From contig JBFLWI010000002.1 in NCBI GenBank assembly GCA_040757675.1, positions 55,217-119,216 of the forward strand: 64,000 nt of DNA, in the 5' to 3' direction. Made by a program: the position numbers and the translations under genes. How positions within the stretch are numbered: the stretch's first letter is position 1; the number at the start of each line of letters is the position of its first letter. This document shows, piece by piece, positions 18,820 to 28,444 of the stretch. Origin of the DNA: Thermoproteota archaeon. GTDB taxonomy: Archaea; Thermoproteota; Nitrososphaeria; Nitrososphaerales; Nitrosopumilaceae. The notes under the pieces are model-generated. The model made no database searches, was not told the origin of the DNA, and saw only the letters and a list, made by a program, of their open reading frames with translations.

Positions 18820-19845
18820 CTATGCGGCTCTAATGACTTGGATCAGCTTGTCGTAAGGATCTTCCATTGATGATAAGAGACTTTTTGCTCTTTTTTGCAG
18901 AGTTTTGTTGTCTGCGTGTAGCATCTTGTTTATGGTTGAAACAATCCTGTTCGGATTCGATTGCAAGACTACTAGTTTTTCTCTGACAAGATAGTCCTGT
19001 ACCAAGTTGGGCACCGCATCATACGAGATCGTTGGGATTCCAAGCAAAGCCGCCTCGGCAGTCATGGTGCCCCCAGAGCCAATGAATACATCTGTGTCAC
19101 TAAGCAACGTGCTGCCCACCACCACTTTATCTAAAATCCTTAACTTCTTGCCAAAATCGTGCTTTAGCTTCAAGATCTGCGCTCCGTACCGCGGAAGGAC
19201 TACCACATTTTCATTGGGAAAGCCTGAAACGATTTTTTGTATGATTTTCTTTGTATGATTTTTTTGTTGTACGTAAGCTGCCTGCGATTCTTCAATCCTG
19301 ATTAGAATGTTCTTTTTTTTGTGTTCTTTGGAAGATTTCATATTATGTTTTGCAGATTTGACAATCAAGGCCGCATCGATTGCCCTGTATGTTACGATGT
19401 CGTTTGCAGCAATGCCGTATCTTGTGAATTCCTTCTTTGGTATGATCCAGGGTATCAACAGTTTTTGTACTAATGGCAACGTAAGGCGCATCACTGCTTC
19501 GGCGTGTGGCGAATCAGAAAAAGTCACGTGCCGGACTCCAAGTCCAAAGGCGACCCGTGCAGCCTCAGGAGAAGAAAAGCTGACTGCAACATCTGGATTA
19601 AATTTCTGAATCAGTTTTGCAAGACCTGTCATTCTGTCCAAACTTGCATCAAGTTTGCCTTTTTTGGTCTGTCCTCCATGCTTGCCTACTATGTGAAGCT
19701 TCATCTTGCGAAGTCTTGCAAGCTGTTTTACTTCTCTATAATCTCTTGATGTGCAAAGCATAGTGTTGTTTTTTTGTAATCGTTTGATCATCGGCTCAAA
19801 AAACAAGACTTGTTTTGGTGTCAGTATGTCAATCCAGATCCGCAA
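18820..19845 (-). CDS. DUF354 family protein (GT-B fold/epimerase-like)
   Basis: MRIWIDILTPKQVLFF, VGKHGG, SFSSPEAARVAFGLG, IGSGGTMTAEAALLG.PTIS. Confidence 0.85.
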   Translation of the reverse strand: MRIWIDILTPKQVLFFEPMIKRLQKNNTMLCTSRDYREVKQLARLRKMKLHIVGKHGGQTKKGKLDASLDRMTGLAKLIQKFNPDVAVSFSSPEAARVAFGLGVRHVTFSDSPHAEAVMRLTLPLVQKLLIPWIIPKKEFTRYGIAANDIVTYRAIDAALIVKSAKHNMKSSKEHKKKNILIRIEESQAAYVQQKNHTKKIIQKIVSGFPNENVVVLPRYGAQILKLKHDFGKKLRILDKVVVGSTLLSDTDVFIGSGGTMTAEAALLGIPTISYDAVPNLVQDYLVREKLVVLQSNPNRIVSTINKMLHADNKTLQKRAKSLLSSMEDPYDKLIQVIRAA

Positions 19846-19910
19846 GATAGGTGCTGTGTGATGAGAGATGCAATAAGTTTTTCTTAGTCCTTATACCTAG
19901 CACCAATGAA

Positions 19911-21050
19911 TTGGCATCTGATAGAGTTGTCGTGTATGGTTTGAGCACCGAGGGCTACTCACTTGCATGCCAAATGGCAATAAATGGAGCAAATGTCTTC
20001 ATCATTGACGAATCATCCCAGTCTGCAATATCACTCAAACCAGAGATAGCAAAAACATACCCAAACGTCTCTTCACTAAAAGAAGACGAACCGCTTCTGG
20101 CAATGGAACCAATAGATGTTGCAATATCAAAAGCGCAGTACCTCTTTTTTGCACCAAGAATAAGAAAGACAGGACAAGAAACAAAGACCGAGGTCCACTC
20201 TAAATTCAAGGATGCAACGTCGTCGCTCAAAAAAGGCAGCTCAGTCATCTACATGCTTCCTACTGGAATCGGTGGGAACAGCGAGAATGTCTCACTTTTG
20301 GAACACGTCACGGGACTTGAAGCAGGAAAATCGATCTTCTACTTTTATTATCCTCTTGGAGGAGGAAACCACCCTCCTAAGGTAGTTGGGTCGTATAACA
20401 ACAAACACGACCAAAATCTGGCTACACTACTGGGCCACAAAAAAGAGATCTCTTTTGTAGGGGTGTCGTCTGCAGAACATTTTCATGCAATAAACGTGCT
20501 TTCAAGATTCTCTACGTTATGCAGCGTCCTTGAAGTATGCAAATTCGCGCAGGACGAAAACACAAAGATGGATCTAAGCTCAAACGACTTTCAAAACATA
20601 TTCTTAGACGACATGGTAAGCGGCCTGTATGACTTGCGTTCACTTGGCACTTCCTTTGAAGGAGCCAACACGCTGATGTACCTGATTAATGGAAGCCTAA
20701 AAGGCATAGACGGCTACATAAAAAGACTGATTGACGAAATAAGAGCGACGTTAAAGAAAAACGACTTGAAGGCAAGCAGAACAAAGATTGCACTTTCCTG
20801 GTCGCTTGATCAACACGAGATGCGCGGAGACAAAATAGAGATGTTGCAAAACCTCATCACAAAACTTCGAGACTACATAGGTGATGTGGAGGCATTCAAT
20901 GACCCAAACATGGATCTGTTCCATAACGACAAAACGACGATTCTGGTCATATGCTCAAAGACCGATTACGATAATCTCAAAAAGAAACACGACAACGACC
21001 TCATAATAATAAAAGGAAACCCACTGTGTGAAATCACACATAAAGATTAA
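19911..21050 (+). CDS. Degenerate NDP-sugar dehydrogenase-like protein
   Basis: N-terminal VVVYGLSTEG resembles a Rossmann GLGxxG motif and the C-terminal part resembles the UDP-binding domain; no GGxC catalytic motif; start taken at TTG 19911. Confidence 0.6.
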   Translation: MASDRVVVYGLSTEGYSLACQMAINGANVFIIDESSQSAISLKPEIAKTYPNVSSLKEDEPLLAMEPIDVAISKAQYLFFAPRIRKTGQETKTEVHSKFKDATSSLKKGSSVIYMLPTGIGGNSENVSLLEHVTGLEAGKSIFYFYYPLGGGNHPPKVVGSYNNKHDQNLATLLGHKKEISFVGVSSAEHFHAINVLSRFSTLCSVLEVCKFAQDENTKMDLSSNDFQNIFLDDMVSGLYDLRSLGTSFEGANTLMYLINGSLKGIDGYIKRLIDEIRATLKKNDLKASRTKIALSWSLDQHEMRGDKIEMLQNLITKLRDYIGDVEAFNDPNMDLFHNDKTTILVICSKTDYDNLKKKHDNDLIIIKGNPLCEITHKD

Positions 21051-21077
21051 AACTGGAACACAAAAAAATTATTTGTC

Positions 21078-21602
21078 TTGTCTGAGCAAAACGAAACTGC
21101 AGAATCAAAAGAAATACAGATAAGCGAGGAGGCCGCACCACAAAACGAAAAACTCATTGAAGAGCTAAAACAAAATCTGGCATCATGTGAGGACAAGCTA
21201 AAACGCTCGCTTGCTGATTTTATCAACCTCGAGCGAAAGACAAAGACCGACATTGAAAACGGTGTGACTGAAAAAATAGACAAATTCATGTTGAAGTTTC
21301 TAACAATTTACGATGATCTGACAAGGGCCGCCCAGGTGCTCAAAAAGGAAAACCCAAACGCTGCAGGCCTCGATTCCATCCTAAAAAATATCGATGCTCT
21401 CTTGGCAGAGTATGGCATCACGCCAATTGAGGCACTAGGGGAGATATTTGATCCAAATCTACATGAGGCAGTATCGATAGTAGAGGATGAGGGCCTCGAC
21501 GACAACACTATTACAAAAGAAATAAGGAAAGGATATATTTCTCATAAAAGGACGCTTAGACCGACACTAGTCGAAATATCAAAAAAACCACAATCAAAAT
21601 AA
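21078..21602 (+). CDS. grpE: Nucleotide exchange factor GrpE
   Basis: RSLADFIN, GEIFDPNLHEAV, RKGY...RPTLVEI; upstream of dnaK. Confidence 0.95.
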   Translation: MSEQNETAESKEIQISEEAAPQNEKLIEELKQNLASCEDKLKRSLADFINLERKTKTDIENGVTEKIDKFMLKFLTIYDDLTRAAQVLKKENPNAAGLDSILKNIDALLAEYGITPIEALGEIFDPNLHEAVSIVEDEGLDDNTITKEIRKGYISHKRTLRPTLVEISKKPQSK

Positions 21603-21616
21603 TCTAAGGTGAAAAA

Positions 21617-23446
21617 ATGGCAAAAATAATAGGAATTGATCTGGGAACAAGCAACTCCGCAGCAGCGGTAATGATGGGAGGCAAGCCTGTGCTGATCCCA
21701 GCAGCGGAAGGCACCTCGATCGGCGGAAAGGCATTCCCATCTGTAGTCGCATTTACAAAGGACGGCCAGCTTTTAGTTGGAGAACCGGCGCGAAGACAGG
21801 CAGTCACCAACCCCGACAATACCATAATTGCTGCAAAAAGAAAGATGGGAAGCGACCACGTCTTCAAGGTGCAAGGAAAAGAATACAAACCGCAACAAAT
21901 CTCGGCTTTCATTTTACAGAAGATCAAAAAAGATGCAGAAGCATTTCTTGGCGAAAAAGTAGAAAAGGCAGTTATCACCGTTCCTGCCTACTTTGACGAC
22001 AACCAAAGGCAAGCAACAAAAGATGCAGGTACTATTGCAGGACTCGATGTAGTCAGAATAATTAATGAACCAACGGCTGCATCACTTGCGTTCGGCTTGG
22101 ACAAAGCAGGCCAAGACATGAAGATACTCGTCTTTGACCTTGGTGGAGGTACACTGGATGTCACCATCATGGAAATGGGAGGAGGTGTCTTTGAAGTGCT
22201 CAGCACATCAGGTGACACGCAACTTGGTGGAACCGACATGGACAAGGTACTCATAGATTACATCGTCAACGAATTCCGCAAGACCACAGGAATAGACCTC
22301 ACAAAAGACAGCACTGCGATGACCAGAATAAGAGAAGCAGCAGAAAAAGCAAAGATAGAGCTTTCGACGGTGATGGAGACTGACATTAACTTACCATTCA
22401 TCTCGTATGACCCTTCAGCTGGACCAAAAAACTTAGAACTCAAACTAACTAGGGCCAAATTCGAGGATCTAATTAGGCCGATAGTCGAAAGATGCCGTAC
22501 CTCAATTGATAACGCATTACGCGATGCAAAACTCACTCCATCCGACATCTCAAAAATAGTGCTGGTTGGAGGACCGACCAGAATTCCATTTGTGAAAAAG
22601 TTCGTAGGTGATGTCATAGGCAAGAACCCAGAATCCGGCGTAGACCCAATGGAAGCAGTAGCTATGGGTGCAGCAATTCAGGCCGGAATTATTGCAGGTG
22701 ATGTGACAAGCGACATTGTATTACTTGATGTAACGCCACTGACTCTGGGAGTGGAAACACTAGGAGGCCTAAGGGAGCCATTAATTGAAAGAAACACCAC
22801 AATTCCAACCTCAAAGACAAAGATCTTTACAACTGCAGCAGACAACCAGACTGCAGTTACCATCCATGTGGTACAGGGCGAGAGGCCCATGGCAGCAGAC
22901 AACGTCTCACTTGGCAGCTTCAATCTCACCGGACTTCCTCCAGCCCCAAGGGGAATCCCACAAATTGAAGTCAAATTTGACATTGACGCAAACGGCATCC
23001 TGAACGTGACTGCAAAAGACCTTGGCACTAAAAAAGAGGCAAAAATAACGATCCAGGCAGGCTCCAAGCTATCAAAAGATGAGATCGAGAAACTAAAGCA
23101 AGACGCAGAAAAATTCGCAGAAGAAGACAAAAAGAAAAAAGAGGCAGTCGACATTCGAAACGAAGCTGAAAGCTTTGTGTATACCACAGAAAAACTACTC
23201 ACACAAGACCTCAAAGACAAGCTGACTCAGGAGCAAGGTGTCAAGATTGCCGAAGCAGTAAAGGAGCTAAAAGAGGTTCTAGACAAAGGACCAGATCAAA
23301 TCAAGCCAAAGCTTGATGCACTAAAAACATTGGTAAACCAGATAACAACGGAGCTCTACAAAAATGTCAGTCCGCCGCCAACCCAGGAACAACAAAGTTC
23401 CACAGGATCAGAACAAAACACCCAGAATCAGGGCGCAACAAGCTAA
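21617..23446 (+). CDS. dnaK: Chaperone DnaK (Hsp70)
   Basis: [56 protein letters not shown]; AAGGTGA ribosome site upstream. Confidence 0.98.
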   Translation: MAKIIGIDLGTSNSAAAVMMGGKPVLIPAAEGTSIGGKAFPSVVAFTKDGQLLVGEPARRQAVTNPDNTIIAAKRKMGSDHVFKVQGKEYKPQQISAFILQKIKKDAEAFLGEKVEKAVITVPAYFDDNQRQATKDAGTIAGLDVVRIINEPTAASLAFGLDKAGQDMKILVFDLGGGTLDVTIMEMGGGVFEVLSTSGDTQLGGTDMDKVLIDYIVNEFRKTTGIDLTKDSTAMTRIREAAEKAKIELSTVMETDINLPFISYDPSAGPKNLELKLTRAKFEDLIRPIVERCRTSIDNALRDAKLTPSDISKIVLVGGPTRIPFVKKFVGDVIGKNPESGVDPMEAVAMGAAIQAGIIAGDVTSDIVLLDVTPLTLGVETLGGLREPLIERNTTIPTSKTKIFTTAADNQTAVTIHVVQGERPMAADNVSLGSFNLTGLPPAPRGIPQIEVKFDIDANGILNVTAKDLGTKKEAKITIQAGSKLSKDEIEKLKQDAEKFAEEDKKKKEAVDIRNEAESFVYTTEKLLTQDLKDKLTQEQGVKIAEAVKELKEVLDKGPDQIKPKLDALKTLVNQITTELYKNVSPPPTQEQQSSTGSEQNTQNQGATS

Positions 23447-23477
23447 TTTACCCACTGCCCTGCTAGAAGAATAGGAA

Positions 23478-24563
23478 ATGTCAGCAAAAAGAGACTATTA
23501 TGAAGTATTGGGAGTATCAAAATCTGATTCTGCCGACACCATAAAATCACAATACAGAAAACTTGCACTCAAATTTCATCCAGACAGAAACAAGTCTCCT
23601 GAGGCAGCAGAGCACTTTAAGGAGATATCTGAGGCCTATGCAGTCCTCTCGGATCCAGAAAAACGCAAGCTTTACGACCAATACGGCCACGCAGGACTGG
23701 AAGGCAGGTATTCCACCGAAGACATCTTCCAAGGTGCAAGAGGGAACTTTGATGACATATTCTCTAACTTTGGTTTTGGTGGATTTGATTCCATTTTTGA
23801 GTCGCTGTTTGGAAGAGGAGGCTTTGGCGGATTTGCAAGACAGAGAGGAGCCGACATTTTGTATGAAACCAGTGTAACACTTGAAGACGTTTTTAGAGGA
23901 AAAAGACTTGATATCGAAGTAAAGAAAAACGTGGACTGTGGAGACTGCAACGGTTCTGGCTGCGCTCCCGGTACAAAGCAGGAGACATGTCCTGGCTGCA
24001 GAGGCCAAGGCCAAGTACGCATTACAAGAAACATGGGCTTTTCTACCTTTGTCACAGTGCAGCCGTGCACAAAATGCCACGGTGAAGGAAAGTTCATACC
24101 AAAACCATGCTCGACATGTAAGGGAACAGGCAAGACAAAGGGGACAAAAAAACTCTCATTTGACATACCGCCTGGAATTGATAACGGAGACTATGTGATA
24201 AGCGGGGAAGGAGAATCAATACCACATGGCTCAAGCGGTGATCTGATTGTTAGAATTCGCGTCAAGCCGCACCCATTATTTAAGCGGGACGGCGCAGACA
24301 TCTTTTATGACGCAAAGATCTCAATTGCTGATGCAGCCTTGGGCGCAACAATCGAAGTACCTACTCTGGAAAAAACAGAAAAGATCAAAGTCGAAGAAGG
24401 CACACAGCCAAACGCAATAGTGAAGCTTAAAGGAAAAGGCCTGCCTTATTCTAACGCTCGCGGCCGTGGGGATCAGTATGTAAGACTTGTCGTCGAAGTT
24501 CCAACCAAGCTGAGCAAACAGCAAAAAGAACTATTACAGAAACTGCGTCAGACCATGGAATAA
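23478..24563 (+). CDS. dnaJ: Chaperone DnaJ (class A)
   Basis: J-domain HPD, G/F-rich region, four CxxCxGxG repeats, C-terminal domain. Confidence 0.97.
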   Translation: MSAKRDYYEVLGVSKSDSADTIKSQYRKLALKFHPDRNKSPEAAEHFKEISEAYAVLSDPEKRKLYDQYGHAGLEGRYSTEDIFQGARGNFDDIFSNFGFGGFDSIFESLFGRGGFGGFARQRGADILYETSVTLEDVFRGKRLDIEVKKNVDCGDCNGSGCAPGTKQETCPGCRGQGQVRITRNMGFSTFVTVQPCTKCHGEGKFIPKPCSTCKGTGKTKGTKKLSFDIPPGIDNGDYVISGEGESIPHGSSGDLIVRIRVKPHPLFKRDGADIFYDAKISIADAALGATIEVPTLEKTEKIKVEEGTQPNAIVKLKGKGLPYSNARGRGDQYVRLVVEVPTKLSKQQKELLQKLRQTME

Positions 24564-24725
24564 CTACTTGGTCACCTTGCGTATGTCTAATTCGTGTCCA
24601 TTTCTGTAGTGCGCTGCGTGGGTGGACTTTATCAATTCTGCAATCTTGGCATCAGAAAAATATCTTACATTGTAGCGGCCCAGCGTTTTTTTGCAGTTAT
24701 TGCAGTAGACTTCTTTAAATTCCAA
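24564..24725 (-). CDS. 53-aa putative Zn-binding microprotein (not in ORF track)
   Basis: TTG start; MEFKEVYCNNCKKTLGRYNVRYFSDAKIAELIKSTHAAHYRNGHELDIRKVTK with CxxC and HxxHxxxxH; fills the gap between dnaJ and tRNA-Leu. Confidence 0.7.
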   Translation of the reverse strand: MEFKEVYCNNCKKTLGRYNVRYFSDAKIAELIKSTHAAHYRNGHELDIRKVTK

Positions 24726-24785
24726 GTGATATCTTTACAGAACTAATTAATAAAGCACTTATTTTGGCACCTGAAACCCTTGTTT

Positions 24786-24870
24786 GCGGGAGTCGCCAAG
24801 CCCGGTCAACGGCGTAAGGTTCAGGTCCTTATCTCCTAGGAGTTCGTGGGTTCAAATCCCACCTCCCGCA
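24786..24870 (+). tRNA. tRNA-Leu(CAG)
   Basis: GCGGGAG/CTCCCGC-A acceptor, TAAGG-TTCAGGT-CCTTA anticodon arm, long variable arm, GTGGG-TTCAAAT-CCCAC T arm. Confidence 0.97.
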
Positions 24871-24883
24871 TTAACCTGTAAAT

Positions 24884-24897
24884 GATTTTTAAAAATC
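24884..24897. repeat. Perfect 14-bp palindrome GATTTTTAAAAATC
   Basis: Directly visible between tRNA-Leu and the 84-aa gene; function unknown. Confidence 0.5.
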
Positions 24898-24945
24898 GAG
24901 TCTACTATAGAATCCTTTAAACCATAGTTAGTTATACTATTCATA

Positions 24946-25200
24946 ATGGGAAAAATCGTTAAAGTCGGTGGAAGAGGTACATCAAGAAGAGAAACCGAAG
25001 CTGACGAGATGAAGTGGTCTGGCGAAAAATTCCGAGAATACCAAAAACAGATGAAGGAAAAAGCCAAAGACGAATACGTAGTTTCAGGACGTGGCACTCG
25101 CAAAAGAAAACTTGGGGATACCCCGGAAACCACTAGGCCTTCAACAAAAGGTCGTTATGTTTCAGTGGGCAGAGGAACAGGAAAAAGGAAATTAGAGTAA
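24946..25200 (+). CDS. 84-aa basic hypothetical protein with three GRGT repeats
   Basis: KVGGRGTSRR, VVSGRGTRKRK, VSVGRGTGKRK; rich in K/R/G/E. Confidence 0.8.
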   Translation: MGKIVKVGGRGTSRRETEADEMKWSGEKFREYQKQMKEKAKDEYVVSGRGTRKRKLGDTPETTRPSTKGRYVSVGRGTGKRKLE

Positions 25201-25219
25201 AACTAATTTTCTGAAGTCT

Positions 25220-27103
25220 TTATTTTTCCAATATTTTTGTAATCCGTGACTCCAAAAGTTTGTTGAGTTTTTCTCCGGATACCTTGCCGCGAAAGGACTT
25301 CATAGCGAGTCCCATCAAAAGTCCCGTTGAATGGAGCCCCTGCTTTTTGATCGCTTCAATGTTCTGATTCACTATGTTGTCTAGGAACTCCTCGAGTTCT
25401 TTGTCATCTACTGCGGTCTTGGCAAACTCGTCTGGTGAGCTTATCTTGCCTGCCATGATTCCTTCAAAGATCATCTCGACTGACTCTTTTGTTATCTTGC
25501 CTTCTCCTAAAAGCTCAAAGACTCTTGCAATATGTTCTTGTTTCAACTTGGCAGCATCGAGTCCCTGCCTTTGAAGATTCGTAATTGTCGAACACAATGA
25601 AGATGCTACAAAGTTAGGACTGACGTGGCTTTTGGCACATATTGATTCGAACAAATCCAAGTAATCAGAATCAAAAATCTGCTCTGCAAGTTGTGTATTG
25701 AGGCCGTATTTTTTTTGCAGCTCTGAGATGATCTGATCCCAGGGTTTTGGAATGTTGTCTTTTGCAGCTTGGAGCTCTTCATTGGTAACTAGAATTGGAG
25801 GTATGTCAGTTTCTGGGTACATTCTTGCAGAGCCTGGCCTTGGACGCAAAAACACCGTCTCGCCAGACGGTGTTGCCATACGGGTTTCTGCGGGCACTCC
25901 ATTTTTTGCATTCTTTATCCTGTTGATGAGTGCGTCAAGGGCAAACTCGATTTTGTCCTTTGGTCCTGCGACTAGCAAAAAGCCGTCATCTTTTTGTAGC
26001 TTAAGTGTTTGTCGTAGCCTCTCCACCTCCTCCCTTTCTATGCCGTAGTTTGGCAGCTCGTCGGAGTGAAAGATACCACCGATGCCAAAAAACCTCACAT
26101 GCTGGCCAAGCTCCTTGCCAAGTCTTATTCCCTCATATGGTTCGTACCCAAACATGCCTGAAAATCCTCGCACTGGGAGAGCAAAAATGACAGAGCCTCC
26201 TTTGAGTGATTTTTGAATTATCTTTGAGTTTGAATTTGCAAAAAATGCAGTCACATCTAGGCTGTCTTTTTTTGAGAGCATGTCTAGGTCGATTTTTTGC
26301 AGTCTTTCTGCTATCAACTGCAGGCCGTGCTGTCTTCTTGCCTCGTACGTGATGACTTTTTCCAGCTGGTCAAGCTGCTGTACGCCTTTTACTTCTACTA
26401 TGCCACCACCGGAAATTGAAATATTTACGTCCTGCCTGATGGAGCCGATCCCCCTTGTTACCCGCCGAGTTACTCGTAGCATCCTTCCAAGGCCAAGTGC
26501 TATTTTTTTTATTTCTTCGGCAGAGGCGCTTATCGGTTCAAGAGCTATCTCAACTAATGGTACGCCAAGTCTGTCCAGCGAGTACTCTCTGGAATCATCT
26601 GTGTCTTTGAGAAGCTTTGCTGCATCTTCTTCAAGGCAAACTGATTGTACTCCCACTTTTTTGCCGTCAACTTGTAGGTAGCCACCCTGAGCTACTAACA
26701 TTGTTCTCTGAAATCCTGACGTGTTGGAACCATCGATGACTATTTTTCTCATCACATAGCTTTCATTGAAGATATTGGAATGGAGGGCGGACGCAATTAT
26801 CAGTGCTGTCTGTTTTGCATCACCATCAAGTCCATGTGGTGGTTCATCATCGTATTCCACAAGGCAGCTGCTTTGTGGGTTTGCGTTATAGTAGATGGTC
26901 TTTGATTTTGAGGATTCAAAGAGGGCGGCAGGATCATAGCTGCCAAGCTCACTTTTTGCTAATCTCAGCTTGCGGGAGAATCTTATGGTATAATTGTCTG
27001 ATTCGATTGGCTTGCATCCACAGAACAGCTTCTTATTTGTCGCAAGCTGCTGGTGTATCTCAAGGCCTACCTTGAGGCCTATCTTGTCTAGTGGAGGCTC
27101 CAT
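25220..27103 (-). CDS. gatE: Glutamyl-tRNA(Gln) amidotransferase subunit E
   Basis: VGLEIHQQL, MRKIVIDGSNTSGFQRT, LEEDAA, LDRLGVPLVEI, RQDVNISI, ARMYPETD. Confidence 0.96.
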   Translation of the reverse strand: MEPPLDKIGLKVGLEIHQQLATNKKLFCGCKPIESDNYTIRFSRKLRLAKSELGSYDPAALFESSKSKTIYYNANPQSSCLVEYDDEPPHGLDGDAKQTALIIASALHSNIFNESYVMRKIVIDGSNTSGFQRTMLVAQGGYLQVDGKKVGVQSVCLEEDAAKLLKDTDDSREYSLDRLGVPLVEIALEPISASAEEIKKIALGLGRMLRVTRRVTRGIGSIRQDVNISISGGGIVEVKGVQQLDQLEKVITYEARRQHGLQLIAERLQKIDLDMLSKKDSLDVTAFFANSNSKIIQKSLKGGSVIFALPVRGFSGMFGYEPYEGIRLGKELGQHVRFFGIGGIFHSDELPNYGIEREEVERLRQTLKLQKDDGFLLVAGPKDKIEFALDALINRIKNAKNGVPAETRMATPSGETVFLRPRPGSARMYPETDIPPILVTNEELQAAKDNIPKPWDQIISELQKKYGLNTQLAEQIFDSDYLDLFESICAKSHVSPNFVASSLCSTITNLQRQGLDAAKLKQEHIARVFELLGEGKITKESVEMIFEGIMAGKISSPDEFAKTAVDDKELEEFLDNIVNQNIEAIKKQGLHSTGLLMGLAMKSFRGKVSGEKLNKLLESRITKILEK

Positions 27104-27132
27104 GATTTCTCCTAAACATGATCACCTTAAAG

Positions 27133-28410
27133 TCATTGCGTGAGCTCGGATGCTATATTTTTGAGCATTATCTCCTTGATGTCATTATGGTTCGAGAGGG
27201 CCCACATGGCCTTTACCAACGCAGTCTCAGGGATCATATCTGATAGTGGTACAATTCCAAGTTGCATGAGGTCACGACCGCTTTCGTAGACTGCCATGTT
27301 GACACGGCCATCAAGGCACTGCGAGGTCATACCAACAAAGACACCTTTTTGCTTTGCTTTCTTTACCACATCGTACATTGTTCTCCCAATGTGTCCTAGG
27401 CCTGTGCCTTCAAAGATTATTGCCTTGTAACCGTGATTTAGTAAATCTTCGATAAGATTTGGGTCGTAGCCTGGGTAGTATTTGACTAGGGCCGCCTTGG
27501 TGTCAACGTCTATTTTTGGGTCATACCGTTCTTGCGTAAAGTAAGGTTCATGGAAATTTTGTGTTATCTTGTCCTCATAGACGACAAAGGCTGGTTTTGC
27601 GCCTACTGTCTCAAAGGCATTTCTTTTACTGGTATGGTTTTTTCTGACACGAGTGCCTAGGTGACACGCAACATCGTTATCGCTTTCAGAATTGTGCATT
27701 GCGACAAAGACGCCGTTTGTTTTAGATCTTACAATGAATCTTGCAGCGTAAATCAGATTTATTGCAGCATCAGAGGAGGGCCTATCAGAAGACCTCTGTG
27801 AGCCAACAAGAACTATGGGCTTTGGGAATCCAGCAAGTGCAAACGAAAGGTACGCTGCAGTATATTGCATTGTGTCTGTTCCATGCGCAACAAGGATGCC
27901 AGCATAATCTGATTTTGCAAGTGAATCAAGCTTTTGTGCAATCTTGAGCCAGTGATCCGGTGTGAGATTCTCAGAGTATTCAGAAAACAAGACTTCGGCA
28001 TCAATGTTTGCTACTTCAGCAAGCTCTGGTACAGATGCATTTAGCTCTTGGGCAGAAAGTGCCGGTGTCACACTGCCTGTTCTGTAATCTACCCGGCTTG
28101 CAATCGTGCCACCAGTTGACAAAAGCAAAATCTTTGGCAGGTCTTGGTTGACTACCACCATAGAAGCCTCTTTAGTGGATTTGGTGGATGAAAGATACTG
28201 GACTTTTTTTATTTTGTCTATTTCGAGTCCCACATTGTAGCCACTTTTGAGCTTGACTGCTATGTGTTTGTCGTCGCTGTGCTCGTATCTTGGCATTATT
28301 GTTCCTGTCTGATCAGAATCGGTCGTTATCTGTATGGTGTCGCCAACTTTGAGATTGTACTGTTTGAGAAATTCAAGGGCCTTGCCATGGTATCCTCTGT
28401 ACTCTGACAT
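27133..28410 (-). CDS. gatD: Glutamyl-tRNA(Gln) amidotransferase subunit D
   Basis: STGGTIASRVDY, HGTDTM, GSQRSSDRPSSD, GTGLGH; adjacent to gatE. Confidence 0.96.
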   Translation of the reverse strand: MSEYRGYHGKALEFLKQYNLKVGDTIQITTDSDQTGTIMPRYEHSDDKHIAVKLKSGYNVGLEIDKIKKVQYLSSTKSTKEASMVVVNQDLPKILLLSTGGTIASRVDYRTGSVTPALSAQELNASVPELAEVANIDAEVLFSEYSENLTPDHWLKIAQKLDSLAKSDYAGILVAHGTDTMQYTAAYLSFALAGFPKPIVLVGSQRSSDRPSSDAAINLIYAARFIVRSKTNGVFVAMHNSESDNDVACHLGTRVRKNHTSKRNAFETVGAKPAFVVYEDKITQNFHEPYFTQERYDPKIDVDTKAALVKYYPGYDPNLIEDLLNHGYKAIIFEGTGLGHIGRTMYDVVKKAKQKGVFVGMTSQCLDGRVNMAVYESGRDLMQLGIVPLSDMIPETALVKAMWALSNHNDIKEIMLKNIASELTQ

Positions 28411-28444
28411 ATAGAGAAAAAACTGGTCTGCTGCTGTTTTAAGA

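Noticed and set aside
21604-24166. Long antisense ORFs opposite dnaK and dnaJ (up to 180 aa), and similar ones opposite gatE, cdc48, cbiD and ugd
   Set aside because: These are typical antisense shadows of well-conserved genes and show no recognisable motifs.
18707-24870. tRNA genes as integration sites for an island or provirus
   Set aside because: No integrase and no duplicated tRNA 3' end was seen; the neighbours are housekeeping genes.
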